DNA from: Thermodesulfobacteriota bacterium
Lineage (GTDB): Bacteria > Desulfobacterota > Desulfobacteria > Desulfobacterales > Desulfobacteraceae
NCBI GenBank assembly: GCA_034660495.1
Contig: JAYEJJ010000221.1
Location: forward strand, 23,549 to 78,146
Direction of reading: 5' to 3'
Length of the DNA stretch: 54,598 nucleotides
Positions 44,201 to 52,932 of the stretch are shown in pieces; the stretch's first letter is position 1; each line of letters begins with the position of its first letter. The notes below the pieces were generated by a model. The model searched no databases and had not been told where the DNA came from. It was given only the letters and a program-made list of their open reading frames with translations. The translations under genes were made by a program, and so were the position numbers.

Positions 44201-46337
44201 CAGCGGCGGCGCTTCGGGCACCCTGTCTGGAAATGGTGTGTTGACCCTGGGGGAACTTGCCTCGGGAACCGCCATGGACGGCGCCGGTGTGTTTATGGTA
44301 AACGGCGATGACACCTTAAGCCACGGAATTACAACCCTTGCCAGTGGGTCAACTCTCTCTTTTGGCACGGGGTCCGGGGTGATCACCAGCGGTTCGGTTC
44401 TGGCAGGATCTGAGATCACCATCTCCTCGGGCACCACCCTGAACGGTGACATGAATCTTGTTAAAGACGGTGTGGAGCTCGGAACCACTATATCAGGACC
44501 GCCCGGGTCCCTTATCCCGGGGACAACCCTGACGGCAGGCTCCATCATCGGCAAGGGATCACAGATCAACAACACCATGGTCACCACAGGAGGGGTCAGT
44601 GCCGAGCTGACCGCCAGGATTACAGCCGGTACCTATAGCGATATGGATGCCCTGGCAGAAGAGATAGAAACCCAGCTGGAAAAGGAGAGCGCCAATAATA
44701 TCGACTATGCCGTCTCCTATGATGGGGAGACCAGCCGGTTCAATATCCGGGAGAACGGGTCAACCCTCGATGGATTTGACATGCTCTGGAAAACAGGCAG
44801 CCACGCAGGTACCAGTGTCGGTGACATCCTTGGGTTTTACACCATTGATGACACGGTTGAATACCCGGAAAGTGACAATGCGCCGGTGAGAAGCGCCATC
44901 ACCATAGATGACTCCAATGATATCCTGGATTTTGAGGAGATTGACGGTTCCGGCACTGCCAGCGGCACCTTGTCGGCATTCATATCCCACGGGACCTATA
45001 CCTCCATGGATGACCTGACAAGTGAGATCGAGTCAAGCATGGAGGCGGTCTCTGCCGGGACCATTGATTATGATGTCTCCTATGACAATGCAGGAACGCC
45101 TCCGGGATTTGTGATTCAGGGGAATGCCGGCGGTGGGAATGAGCTGCTTCTCTTCAATGACCGGCCTGTCAACTCCATTGGCGATACCCTGGGGTTTGAA
45201 ACGGCAAAGTCCGGATATACCGGGTACAAAAGCGATGAAGCCCCGGCGCTTATCACTTTCGGCTCAGACAACAATGCGGTTGATTTTGCTGAAACCGGTG
45301 TGGACGGTGTTGTGTCAGACCCCGTTAGTTTTGACATTCCAGAGGGACCTTACACCTCCCTGGATGATGTGGCCCAGTCCATGGAAGCAGGGCTGAAGCA
45401 GGCCTCCCCCAACAATGTGGTCTATGAAGTGGCCTATGATTACGGTGAGGGAAAATTCACCGTCAAGGGCAGCAGTGAAGCGATCACCTCATTTTCCCTG
45501 TTGTGGCATTCAGGAGAGAATGGTGATAAAAGTGCCGCCTCTCTGCTGGGATTTGACATAAATTCCGATGATGTTATGGTGTTTTCAGAAAGTGATGAGG
45601 ATATTGTCAATATTAATATTGATACAACCAACAACAAGATAGATTTCCAGGAGATCACAGCCGATGAAGAGGGCAATGAGCATACCATTAACCTGACCGC
45701 CTCGGTTGAATCGGGGAACTACACTTCCCACAACGATCTGGCATCTGCCGTGGAAAACGCCATGGAAAAGAGATCCCTGGAAAAGGGGAACCGGATCGAC
45801 TACTCTGTCTCCTATGACGGGTATACAAAAAAGTTTACCATAAAAGAGGCAGGTACTGAGCTTGACGGATTTGGTCTAACCTGGGGGACAGGCGATAACC
45901 GTCCCGTCCTTGAGGGGGGCACAGGGGAAACCATTGGGGAGATCCTCGGGTTTGACGCATATGATGATATGGACACCCCGGTTGAAAGTTCAGAAACGGT
46001 TGAGTGGAGTATATTTAACACCCTGCTGGATTTTAAAACCCACCTGGAAGAGAATGATCCCGACGGCATTGAAAGAATCCTTAACCGGCTTGAAACCCAT
46101 TTTGACAAGACAACGTCGCATATTGTTAATACCGGCATGCGCTACAGCCGCCTGGATGTGCGGGAGCGGTTGACCACAGAGGTGAATTTAAGCTTGACAG
46201 AACGGCGCTCAATGATAGAAGATGCAGATCTGATAAAGGCTGTAATGGATCTCAAGGCTGTGGAAAATGCGTATAAGGCCTCGCTGAGTTCCACGTCAAA
46301 GGTGATCAACATCAGCCTGGTGGATTACCTGAGGTAA
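41250..46337 (+). CDS. flgL: Hook-associated protein 3 FlgL, giant (~1695 aa)
   Basis: Flagellin-type N-terminal domain (MRVPNITLYDTSRYQLGKLTSRL...INSMSDDPVGLTQVVALK...) and C-terminal domain (MRYSRLDVRERLTTEVNLSLTERRSMIEDADLIKAVMDLKAVENAYKASL). ATG 41250 follows gcgagg; the track start at 41202 is less likely. Confidence 0.9.
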   Translation: MRVPNITLYDTSRYQLGKLTSRLKDANEVVSSEKQINSMSDDPVGLTQVVALKTSVKNLEQIERNVQMGKTWLTCSEDALDSINTLILNARAEASRLVNASATADERKDAVQRIDNILEQIVSLGNTKVGGSYIFSGTDSDTQPFVYHKDTIPPHVSYEGDSSAFSIKTDSDTEVEVGSSGSRVFKDDEVVINSTNNTIVFKEDNGHGTASERTMTAVVPDGEYTPEKLETLVRNALNQASGESGYGVTYDVNYDADEEKFSIQSDGSYSGYVRTAFLWDTGDEPYLNGYNTSSGIDPDDLEIDLKNRSALTIGTPEPAGSDPVKLIWDGEGNWIVENNPGYVMPAKVEGTHYGVDLDLTESGVADISVKLDHPVEKAGDYIEFDIIPEKGDHSIGHEIGFPDNNVITTTPVSDRSAAFVTDIEITAGVNDYIDFKERMSDSIIAAGTVLDADYEITGDTAVSSGTIAAGSVLGSGSTIVSGTTLGAGTVIGSGITLSPDIELARDVTQVSSGTLISGSLLAAGTVLGSGTVLGMGTTIGSGTVVGSGTVLTADVILGAAVAGADGGTMTSGSVLTSGTVLGAGTVIASGTTIGSGTLLTGDFLVDSDITAAMGGVLSANSFVASGSTLVSGTVLASDESISIAASGVSGTVTGDGTSTLAQLAMGSPPLGAAGSYTVVSGGDTLSHGITTLASGSILAFGTSSGLVAAGSSFTGTSVTTASGSALDTAMTLQGGDMGLTADTTVMAGTTLASGTTLSSGSVVDNKGITNSDAVVTLNGNMTLKGTTTLNGAAANNELTGNVALRAGTTLGAGSTLISGSSVDNQAVTINNGIVLTSDMAVTGSTGVSPGTDMTVLPGTVIAKDSILEQGSVVNSDLPIDADQTIAAGTVFPADFGITSDITVTSGVLASGTLFEAGSVIRAGTVLGAGSVIGAGETLTSDVQAASDIRIINSGTLNVGSFLSSGSTLVSGTVLGIGEQIDFVTSGGASGTLSGNGVLTLGELASGTAMDGAGVFMVNGDDTLSHGITTLASGSTLSFGTGSGVITSGSVLAGSEITISSGTTLNGDMNLVKDGVELGTTISGPPGSLIPGTTLTAGSIIGKGSQINNTMVTTGGVSAELTARITAGTYSDMDALAEEIETQLEKESANNIDYAVSYDGETSRFNIRENGSTLDGFDMLWKTGSHAGTSVGDILGFYTIDDTVEYPESDNAPVRSAITIDDSNDILDFEEIDGSGTASGTLSAFISHGTYTSMDDLTSEIESSMEAVSAGTIDYDVSYDNAGTPPGFVIQGNAGGGNELLLFNDRPVNSIGDTLGFETAKSGYTGYKSDEAPALITFGSDNNAVDFAETGVDGVVSDPVSFDIPEGPYTSLDDVAQSMEAGLKQASPNNVVYEVAYDYGEGKFTVKGSSEAITSFSLLWHSGENGDKSAASLLGFDINSDDVMVFSESDEDIVNINIDTTNNKIDFQEITADEEGNEHTINLTASVESGNYTSHNDLASAVENAMEKRSLEKGNRIDYSVSYDGYTKKFTIKEAGTELDGFGLTWGTGDNRPVLEGGTGETIGEILGFDAYDDMDTPVESSETVEWSIFNTLLDFKTHLEENDPDGIERILNRLETHFDKTTSHIVNTGMRYSRLDVRERLTTEVNLSLTERRSMIEDADLIKAVMDLKAVENAYKASLSSTSKVINISLVDYLR

Positions 46338-46573
46338 GGGATCTGGAAGAAAATAATATACTTATATTGCGCAGGCCAATTTGTATGATCGGGTTGTTCG
46401 TCTTCAAGTCGCGGTAATGGGAGCATATTGAAATATGTTCCATTGGCGCAACGCAGGAGACGGGCAAAAAGACAAGCAAGATGCGTGGATAATTGTATGA
46501 TCAAGGCCATTTGTTATGACATGGCAGGGGGCAGGTCGTTCTGCTCGGGCCATGGAGGTACAGGGAAAATGCA

Positions 46574-46816
46574 ATGCTGGTTTTAACCCGGAGGGCGGAA
46601 GAGAAGATAAAAATAGGGGAAAATACCGTTGTCAGCATCCTTGAAGTGGACGGCGGCACGGTAAAGATCGGGATTGACGCCCCAAAAGAGGTGACCATCC
46701 TGAGAATGGAAGTGGTGGAGCAGATTCAAAAGCAGAATATTGAGTCATCAAAAAGAGATGTCGCAACCATAAACAGTGCGGCAGAACTGCTGAAAAAGAG
46801 ATTTTCAGGGGAGTAA
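46574..46816 (+). CDS. csrA: Carbon storage regulator CsrA
   Basis: MLVLTRRAEEKIKIGENTVVSILEVDGGTVKIGIDAPKEVTILRMEV. Confidence 0.95.
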   Translation: MLVLTRRAEEKIKIGENTVVSILEVDGGTVKIGIDAPKEVTILRMEVVEQIQKQNIESSKRDVATINSAAELLKKRFSGE

Positions 46817-46819
46817 ACG

Positions 46820-47260
46820 GTGAAAATAGATACGAGAAAATTTGGAACAATTGAGATCGACAGCAATAAAATTTTGACCATGCCTGAATGTCTTCCCGGC
46901 TTTCCGGGATTTACAAGATTTGCCCTGCTGGAGGACCCCAAATCGGCCCCTTTCTGCTGGTTTCAGTCCACAGAAGATCCAAGCCTTGCCCTGGTGATCA
47001 TGAGCCCGTTTCTGTTCAAGCCGGATTACCGGTTTAACCTTGATAACGTGATTAATGCAAGAAACTGGTCAGGGGTAAAAGAAGAGAACCTTATCATCTA
47101 TGTGGTGGTGAACATATCGGAAAGAGAAGAGAAAAAAAATAGTATCACAGCAAACCTTCTGGGCCCGCTGGTGATCAATTCCGAAAACAATGAAGCCGTT
47201 CAGGTGGTGCTGTCAGACACAAATTATTCCCACCAGCACAATGTTTTGGACGGGGCTTGA
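46820..47260 (+). CDS. fliW: Flagellar assembly factor FliW (CsrA antagonist)
   Basis: LPGFPGFTRFALLEDP...PFCWFQSTEDPSLALVIMSPFLFKPDY pattern. GTG start with a GGGGAG RBS. Confidence 0.9.
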   Translation: MKIDTRKFGTIEIDSNKILTMPECLPGFPGFTRFALLEDPKSAPFCWFQSTEDPSLALVIMSPFLFKPDYRFNLDNVINARNWSGVKEENLIIYVVVNISEREEKKNSITANLLGPLVINSENNEAVQVVLSDTNYSHQHNVLDGA

Positions 47261-47507
47261 ATTTAATTTCCCGCCTTAAATCCCATACAGCTTCCACATG
47301 ACCTGCCATTGCAGCTTACACATGAACGATGGACCGGTTTTATGTATCATACCAATTGCCGCCTTGGGTGACTGGTTTTATAAGAGACAGTTGTCACAAA
47401 AAGCCAGCGCAGTAAGCCAGCACAGTTGATTCTGGGCGGCAATGAGTCAATGAGTCCTGTCTGGTCCGTCGTCTGTTCTGACGGGTCTTATATCTTCTCA
47501 TCAAGTC

Positions 47508-47939
47508 TTATATTTTCTGATCAAAGAGAAGCCCTGTCAGCTCTTCCATTTTTTCCTTTATTTCGAGCAGTTCCTCTGCTGGAATCTGCTTGACAAGCTC
47601 ATCGGTTTTTCTGTTTTTAATCTCCACAACGACCTGATGGTTGAACTCCTCCTTGACAATGAACCCAAGGTTGGTCTGGAGATCGTCCATGTATTCGTTG
47701 AGCTCTTCTGCGATTTCCTCCAGGGCCTGGTTTGTTGCGCTTTTTTCCTGGGTTTTTGCAGCCGTTTCCAGGGGTGTTGCGGCCTTTTTCTGATTTTTTG
47801 TCGGGTCGGTCTGCTCACCCCGGTTTACTTTTACAGGGGCGGGTTCCCTGACACCCTTTATCGGATTTGCTGCAGCCGTGTCACTCTGAACAGCGTCCTG
47901 GCGGGGTATTGTGCCGGTGTTTACGTTGTTTATGTTCAT
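47508..47939 (-). CDS. flaG: FlaG-family flagellar protein
   Basis: C-terminal pattern LNEYMDDLQTNLGFIVKEEFNHQVVVEIKNRKTDELVKQIPAEELLEIKEKM. Confidence 0.85.
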   Translation of the reverse strand: MNINNVNTGTIPRQDAVQSDTAAANPIKGVREPAPVKVNRGEQTDPTKNQKKAATPLETAAKTQEKSATNQALEEIAEELNEYMDDLQTNLGFIVKEEFNHQVVVEIKNRKTDELVKQIPAEELLEIKEKMEELTGLLFDQKI

Positions 47940-47959
47940 TTTTTATATCTCCCTTATGT

Positions 47960-48403
47960 TTATCCCGTCAAATTCATAACCGTTGCCCTGCTTCCAGCCG
48001 ATCCTGAATAAGGACGGTAGGAGATGATGACCTGTTTCCCTCTGGATACATTTTTCATGCTGAGTTTTAACATTTTCTTTTGAAAAAGGACTTTTTCCTT
48101 TAACACTCTGTTTTTTTCAAGTATGCCATTAATCCTGTTTTTGCAGGCCAACAGGGTCGCTTCAGCGTTGTCTGGTTCGTTTATACCGGGTTTGGCGTAC
48201 ACCTGTTCACCTTGTGATTCAGCAGTGCTTTTGCCAAGGATAATGGTGACATATTGTCCAAGCAGGTCAATTTTTTTTTCTCTTTGCTCTGACTGAGCTT
48301 CAAGGTTCGGCAGCAGTTCATTGTCAAAGGAGGAGATCTGATCATCGTGGAGGGTTTCCAGATCGTCAATAAGAGCAATGGTCTGTGTTAAAAGTTTATC
48401 CAT
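47960..48403 (-). CDS. Hypothetical protein in the fliT position (possible export chaperone)
   Basis: 147 aa, helical, tightly packed between fliS and flaG. No motif recognised, so the function is inferred from position only. Confidence 0.4.
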   Translation of the reverse strand: MDKLLTQTIALIDDLETLHDDQISSFDNELLPNLEAQSEQREKKIDLLGQYVTIILGKSTAESQGEQVYAKPGINEPDNAEATLLACKNRINGILEKNRVLKEKVLFQKKMLKLSMKNVSRGKQVIISYRPYSGSAGSRATVMNLTG

Positions 48404-48423
48404 GTCTTTCTCTTTTTTCTTGA

Positions 48424-48936
48424 TTAAACTGCAATGGAGCCAAAGGAGGATTTACCGCCTGTATAGCCGCCGTATCCTCCAGGCCTGGCTGCTGCCGGTT
48501 TCTGTTGTTTGGAATTGCCAGGGGCTGGGTTTTTCCTGGTGTTCTCTGCACGTTTTGGGTGCTTCTTTCCCATAACATCGGTTTCCCAGATTTTTTTCAA
48601 TTGTGTGATATACCTCTCCGTCCGATCAAGGATTTCCAGGCTGTTGGTCAGGGCGACCTTGGGAAGTTCGCTTAAAATAGCCGTGTAAAGCCCCCTTAAA
48701 AATTCGGTGCCTTCATCCTCCATTAAGGGATCAAGGGAGCTGTTCAGTTCTGAAACAATGGCAATAACCCTGCCGATGTTCTCCCCCCGTTTGGCAATAT
48801 TGTTTTCCTTGATCCCCTGCCGGGCAAGCTCAAGACGATCCAGTGCGCCTTTGTACAGCATAAGGATCAGCTGTTCCGGGGTCATGCCGTCATAATGGGT
48901 GTTCAAGTATTGATTAACTCCAGCAGGTACTGCCAT
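48424..48936 (-). CDS. fliS: Flagellin-specific chaperone FliS, with a ~45-aa basic/Gly-rich C-terminal tail
   Basis: MTPEQLILMLYKGALDRLELARQGIKENNIAKRGENIGRVIAIVSELNSSLD...FLRGLYTAIL pattern. AAGGAGG RBS. Confidence 0.9.
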   Translation of the reverse strand: MAVPAGVNQYLNTHYDGMTPEQLILMLYKGALDRLELARQGIKENNIAKRGENIGRVIAIVSELNSSLDPLMEDEGTEFLRGLYTAILSELPKVALTNSLEILDRTERYITQLKKIWETDVMGKKHPKRAENTRKNPAPGNSKQQKPAAARPGGYGGYTGGKSSFGSIAV

Positions 48937-49267
48937 TAAAACCTCCTTGGTGAGCGGGTTGCCGCTGTTGCTTCATGATGGGTTGCTATCAGAAATTTGC
49001 CGGTTTTAGCGCCAGCATTTTGTTTTTAATCTCTTTTGTTTTTAATCTCTTTTGGGTATTGATCAGAGACGTGGTGCTGTATTTGCCCGGTTTGCTGTTA
49101 AAGTTCATCCTTTTCATAGTAATCGATGCTGTAACCAAACCCTGTCTCAGTTCTCCTTCCAGGTAATGTATCGGCAGGGGCACCATTCTACTTTAAAAAA
49201 AACATAACACAAAAGGGCAGGGGATGTCCATTATTTTAAAGTCCATCTGTATTTGGGCAGCATCCTC

Positions 49268-50953
49268 TTAACTGTTATTTGCATTGTTGAAAGCATCGAT
49301 CATGGAGGTCAAGTAATCTGCCTCGGAGTTGAGCTGGTTGATGTAAATGTCAAGCTTTGCAAATTCTTGCGTCATGATGTCATAGCGCTTGTCCAAACGG
49401 TCTGTAGCTGTTTCAATATCTTCAGTCAGACGTTCGATTTTTTTTTCATCTGTACTGATCTCAGTTGTGACGGTTCCGCTGGTGCTGATCATGGTGGTGA
49501 TACCGTCGTTTATGGTATCCCCCAGCCCCTTGACATTGTTGTCTTCATCTCCGATGAACATCTGTTTGACCCCTTCAGGATCTGCAGCCAGGGCCTGGTC
49601 CAGGGTGTTTTCATCCAGGGAGATGGTGCCGTCTTTTTCGATCTCCATGCCCAGGTCAAAAAGACTTGAATATTGGGACTGTGTTGTCACCCTTGTACTC
49701 ATGAGGGAGTGGAGGCTTGAGATCATCTTTTTGACAGTGTAGTTCTCTTCAAGAACAGAGATGTCTGCGGATTCGGAGTCCTCGTTTGATGTTGTTTCGG
49801 TTCCCTTGATGCCGCTTAACAGGGAATTAAACCCTTCTACCATGCCCTGAATATGCTCTTTAACACTCTCCATGTCGTGCTGGACCGTCACCGTGGCTTC
49901 GCCTGTCTTTTTCAGGTTCAGGGTGGCGCCGGAAATAACATCGTCGATACCGTCATTGGACTGACGCTGGTAATCAATGCCGTTGACTGTGAACAGGGCG
50001 TTAAGGGATTCACCGTCCTTCCCGGTCACCTCGGTCATGGGGAGGTTTTGGATGGTTATTCTGTTCTCTTCTCCTGTGGCCTTTGCGGTAATGGTCAGTT
50101 TGTAGGGGGTTTCTTCACTTCCATCGTCTATTACGGCTGCTGTGGCACCGGCGTTGCCCGATGCGTTGTTGATGGCATCGGCTGTTTCCGCATAGGTGGT
50201 GCCCGGGGCCAGGCTTATAAATGTCGGCGCATTGGATTCTGTGTTGCCCAGTGCGATGGCTGTATCGCTTTTAACAAAATCAAACCCTTCCACGGCCACC
50301 TGGCTTTCTGCACTGTTTCCCCCGATTGCCGAACTGATGCGGATATAGTAATTGCCGCTGCTGTTTTTTGCAACGCTGGCTGTAACGATCTGCTCCCCGT
50401 CACTGTCCAGGTTGCTGGCGGACGTGTTCACGGCCTCTGCAATTTCGGAAAGGCTCATTTCACCATCCAGGTTGATATTGATATCTGTCTGGGCGCCCGC
50501 CGCCCCGGACTTGATGGTCATGGTGCCGGCACCGGGGTCAAAGGCGGTGACCGCACTGGTGATGGATGTGTCCGGTTCCGGGTAGATCACGGCACTTTTG
50601 CTGGAAACCCCTACAGACTGCCAGGAGTTGGCCCTGGCCTTCTGTTTGACCTCCAGGCTGGTGGAAGATTCTGCCACGCCGTTGTCAACCCGGCCGGAAA
50701 GTATCTCCTCATCCGACACCTTGAATTTGTTGTTGAGAAAATCCGACTCCAAAGAGAGGGAGAGGGCATCGGACTTAATGGCAAAAAGCCTGGCCTTTAC
50801 ACTGTTAAAGGCATTTACCTCTTTTTGCAGCTCTGTTTTTTCGTTCTCTTTTCTCGTGATGGGGGCTTTTTCAACATCCTTGAGCTGGTCAAGTATGTTT
50901 TGAAGCTCCAGCCCGGACCCAAGCCCGAGACTTGAAATCGATCCTGTAGCCAT
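49268..50953 (-). CDS. fliD: Filament cap protein FliD (HAP2)
   Basis: N-terminus MATGSISSLGLGSGLELQNILDQLKDVEKAPI. C-terminus KRYDIMTQEFAKLDIYINQLNSEADYL. The start at 50953 is preferred over the track's 50998. Confidence 0.9.
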   Translation of the reverse strand: MATGSISSLGLGSGLELQNILDQLKDVEKAPITRKENEKTELQKEVNAFNSVKARLFAIKSDALSLSLESDFLNNKFKVSDEEILSGRVDNGVAESSTSLEVKQKARANSWQSVGVSSKSAVIYPEPDTSITSAVTAFDPGAGTMTIKSGAAGAQTDININLDGEMSLSEIAEAVNTSASNLDSDGEQIVTASVAKNSSGNYYIRISSAIGGNSAESQVAVEGFDFVKSDTAIALGNTESNAPTFISLAPGTTYAETADAINNASGNAGATAAVIDDGSEETPYKLTITAKATGEENRITIQNLPMTEVTGKDGESLNALFTVNGIDYQRQSNDGIDDVISGATLNLKKTGEATVTVQHDMESVKEHIQGMVEGFNSLLSGIKGTETTSNEDSESADISVLEENYTVKKMISSLHSLMSTRVTTQSQYSSLFDLGMEIEKDGTISLDENTLDQALAADPEGVKQMFIGDEDNNVKGLGDTINDGITTMISTSGTVTTEISTDEKKIERLTEDIETATDRLDKRYDIMTQEFAKLDIYINQLNSEADYLTSMIDAFNNANNS

Positions 50954-51070
50954 GGTGTATGTCCTCTTTACTGGTTCCAGGGGAATATTCAACAGCAACG
51001 AAATGCTGGTTTGTCTTCCCGGTTAATTCCCCCTGTGATGTAAAAATAGATGGGGTTCTCTCACCCTTAA

Positions 51071-51098
51071 ATATCGGTCACATCGATAAAAAACTGAA
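51071..51098 (-). promoter_or_regulatory. Weak sigma-28 promoter candidate for fliD
   Basis: The minus strand reads TTCAGTTT-N12-ACCGATAT, ~115 nt upstream of the fliD ATG. The spacer is one nt longer than consensus and the -10 matches 6/8. Confidence 0.3.
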
Positions 51099-51292
51099 GC
51101 AAAAAATGCGCCGGCCTGATCAAGCCATCTTCATCAGGTCCGCTAAAAAGGATGTCTTTTGTTGCAGATGCTGCTGGGGGGTAAAAAACACCGCCCCGGC
51201 AGAATATGCCGGACATGGTTGTTCATTTCTCACCATAAAGTCTTGATGACTGTGGTGCCCCCATGTCGTCCCACCATGCTCTGCATTTTTTA

Positions 51293-51321
51293 TTGACAAT
51301 GGTATAAAATGGGATAATAAT
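51293..51321 (+). promoter_or_regulatory. Sigma-70-type promoter with an overlapping palindromic operator candidate (TA module)
   Basis: TTGACA-N17-AATAAT. The -10 lies inside the ataataatgatattat inverted repeat, ~35 nt upstream of ATG 51356. Confidence 0.4.
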
Positions 51322-51514
51322 GATATTATATCTCAACAAGAAGTGGAGGGTAATCATGGAAATACAACGAATGGCCCATGCACAAATATCCATTCCTGCT
51401 GACAGCCTGGAGCTGATAACAGCTCTTGTTGTCAAGCTGGGAGGGTAGGTATTGAACGATTTTTATCCTGATTTATCCTGCGATCCGGCGTCTGAGATCA
51501 GGCGGGGAGGGAAA

Positions 51515-51787
51515 ATGCTAAAAGAACTTCGCCATCGGGCAGATCTCACACAGAAAGAAGTAGCAAGCGTCCTTGGAATACCCCAGAGCCATATTTCAGA
51601 ATTTGAGAGGGATAAACGCAATATCCCCTATAAACATGCCCAAAAGCTTGCTGCATTATTGCATACAATTCCGAGTCATTTCATGAAGCCGAATAATGAA
51701 ACCTGTGAGGCGATGGCTGAGCTGGGAGAAGGTAAAGGACAGCGTTTCGTATCCGCAGAAAAATTGTTCGAGGGCCTGGGAATATAG
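51515..51787 (+). CDS. XRE-family HTH antitoxin-like protein. It is the downstream part of a longer frame (51356-51787) interrupted by a TAG at 51446.
   Basis: HTH pattern LRHRADLTQKEVASVLGIPQSHISEFERDKRNIPYKHAQKLAALL. GGGGAGGG RBS before ATG 51515. An upstream in-frame segment MEIQRMAHAQISIPADSLELITALVVKLGG has its own GGAGGG RBS. Confidence 0.6.
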   Translation: MLKELRHRADLTQKEVASVLGIPQSHISEFERDKRNIPYKHAQKLAALLHTIPSHFMKPNNETCEAMAELGEGKGQRFVSAEKLFEGLGI

Positions 51788-51790
51788 TGC

Positions 51791-52067
51791 ATGCTGACAC
51801 CGGTAGAGTCATCAAAATTTAGCAAAGATGTAAAGCGGATGAAAAAACGAGGCAAAGACATGGAGAAGCTAAAATCTCTGGTGACTCTTTTGATCGATGA
51901 GGACGGACCCCCTGCCTGAAACTTATCATGCCCATCCGCTAAAGGGCAATTGGCTGCCGTTTTGGGATGCACATATAGAGCCCGACTGGCTTCTCATTTA
52001 CAGTCAGCAAGAAGGAGAGCTTCTTTTGGCAAGAACCGGAACCCATGCCGATATATTTGCTTCATAA
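51791..52067 (+). pseudogene. Frameshifted YafQ/RelE-family toxin
   Basis: Frame 1: MLTPVESSKFSKDVKRMKKRGKDMEKLKSLVTLLIDEDGPPA*. The shifted frame continues LPETYHAHPLKGNWLPFWDAHIEPDWLLIYSQQEGELLLARTGTHADIF. The break lies at the C5 run near 51912. Confidence 0.6.
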
Positions 52068-52069
52068 GC

Positions 52070-52392
52070 AGATTTGAGCTTTATGACCTGAACCGGTTCT
52101 CGGATGATCAGATAAAGGGGACGATCCTCAATCGGATTGCCCTGCTGCTGCTCAAGTACATTTTCTCACCAGAGCTGCGGCACAAGTTGCCGAAAATTTT
52201 TATTCCCTGTTGCGGACGCTGATGGAAAAGGAAACCGGGCTGCAGTATCTGGAGACAGTGATCCGGTACCTGGCATCGGTGCTGGATGAGTTGTCATTGA
52301 AAGAAATAAAGGAGATGGCCGAGCAGGCCATCTCCAAAGATACGGGAGGAGATGATAGGCGAGGTGGAAAGTTTAAAAAAAATGAAGTAAAA
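52070..52392 (+). pseudogene. Fragment of an Rpn/YhgA-like PD-(D/E)XK nuclease (putative transposase) gene, frameshifted
   Basis: FELYDLNRFSDDQIKGTILNRIALLLLKYIFSPELRHKLPKIF then, after a frame change, LRTLMEKETGLQYLETVIRYLASVLDELSLKEIKEMAEQAIS. This resembles the central/C-terminal region of that family. No N-terminal nuclease part is present. Confidence 0.5.
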
Positions 52393-52496
52393 GGCATCCT
52401 TCATATCCTCACAAAAGTAGTTTACACTTTTTGGGGAACGCTCCTGAAAAAAGGAGCTTGGCTTCAGAAAGTGTAAAGTAGTCGTGAAGGATGCCC
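52393..52496. repeat. Long asymmetric palindrome (P3), copy 2
   Basis: Arms ggcatccttcatatcctcacaaaagtagtttacacttttt / cagaaagtgtaaagtagtcgtgaaggatgccc. Confidence 0.8.
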
Positions 52497-52932
52497 TTTT
52501 TCTCGTGCAATTGGTTTTGCATGTTTTTATTAAAAAGCCTGAACAACGGCCACGACCCGTTTTTTAATGCTCCTGCTGTAAAACCCCTATGGTGATTCTG
52601 GGATTCCGGCAAGCTTCATGGAACCCCGGATAGCTTTTTTAAACGGCGAAAGCTGCAGTTCATCTGAATGATGGAGGTGAAAGTTTTATGATACAATCAG
52701 GGGAGAATAACCTGTTTCCAGATCGCTGGACCCGTGCGCCCTGAAAAAGGACATTTTTTCAAAGTATGCTCCCCGCCGTTATTGAAAAAAAAGATATTTC
52801 CTTTATAATAAGACACTCCGGGCTTGTCCAACCAAACGGATAAGATTGTGGTTCGTTCCTTACACAATCTATCCTTATTCGTTGTACAATTGAACAGATT
52901 GAAATGCCAACTATCAATGAGGAGTTACGTTT

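Noticed and set aside
42608-44587. Three long - strand ORFs (211, 203 and 230 aa) inside flgL
   Set aside because: They arise from the low-complexity Gly/Ser/Thr repeat DNA of flgL. Their Pro/Val/Glu-rich translations have no start context.
48989-49186. 65-aa highly basic - strand ORF in the fliD-fliS gap
   Set aside because: It has no RBS at the annotated start, low-complexity Lys-rich sequence and a 16-bp tandem duplication. It cannot be supported as a gene from sequence alone.
49853-50935. 360-aa ORF on the + strand
   Set aside because: It is antisense to fliD. Its Gly/Cys/Val-rich composition is typical of a shadow frame, and it has no RBS.
50985-51000. Possible sigma-54 element (cagcatttcgttgct on the - strand) upstream of fliD
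   Set aside because: GG is replaced by AG and the spacing is one nt short of the -24/-12 consensus.
52669-52745. 18-codon ORF MIQSGENNLFPDRWTRAP with a GGAGGTG RBS
   Set aside because: It is too short and has no recognisable family, so it could be chance.
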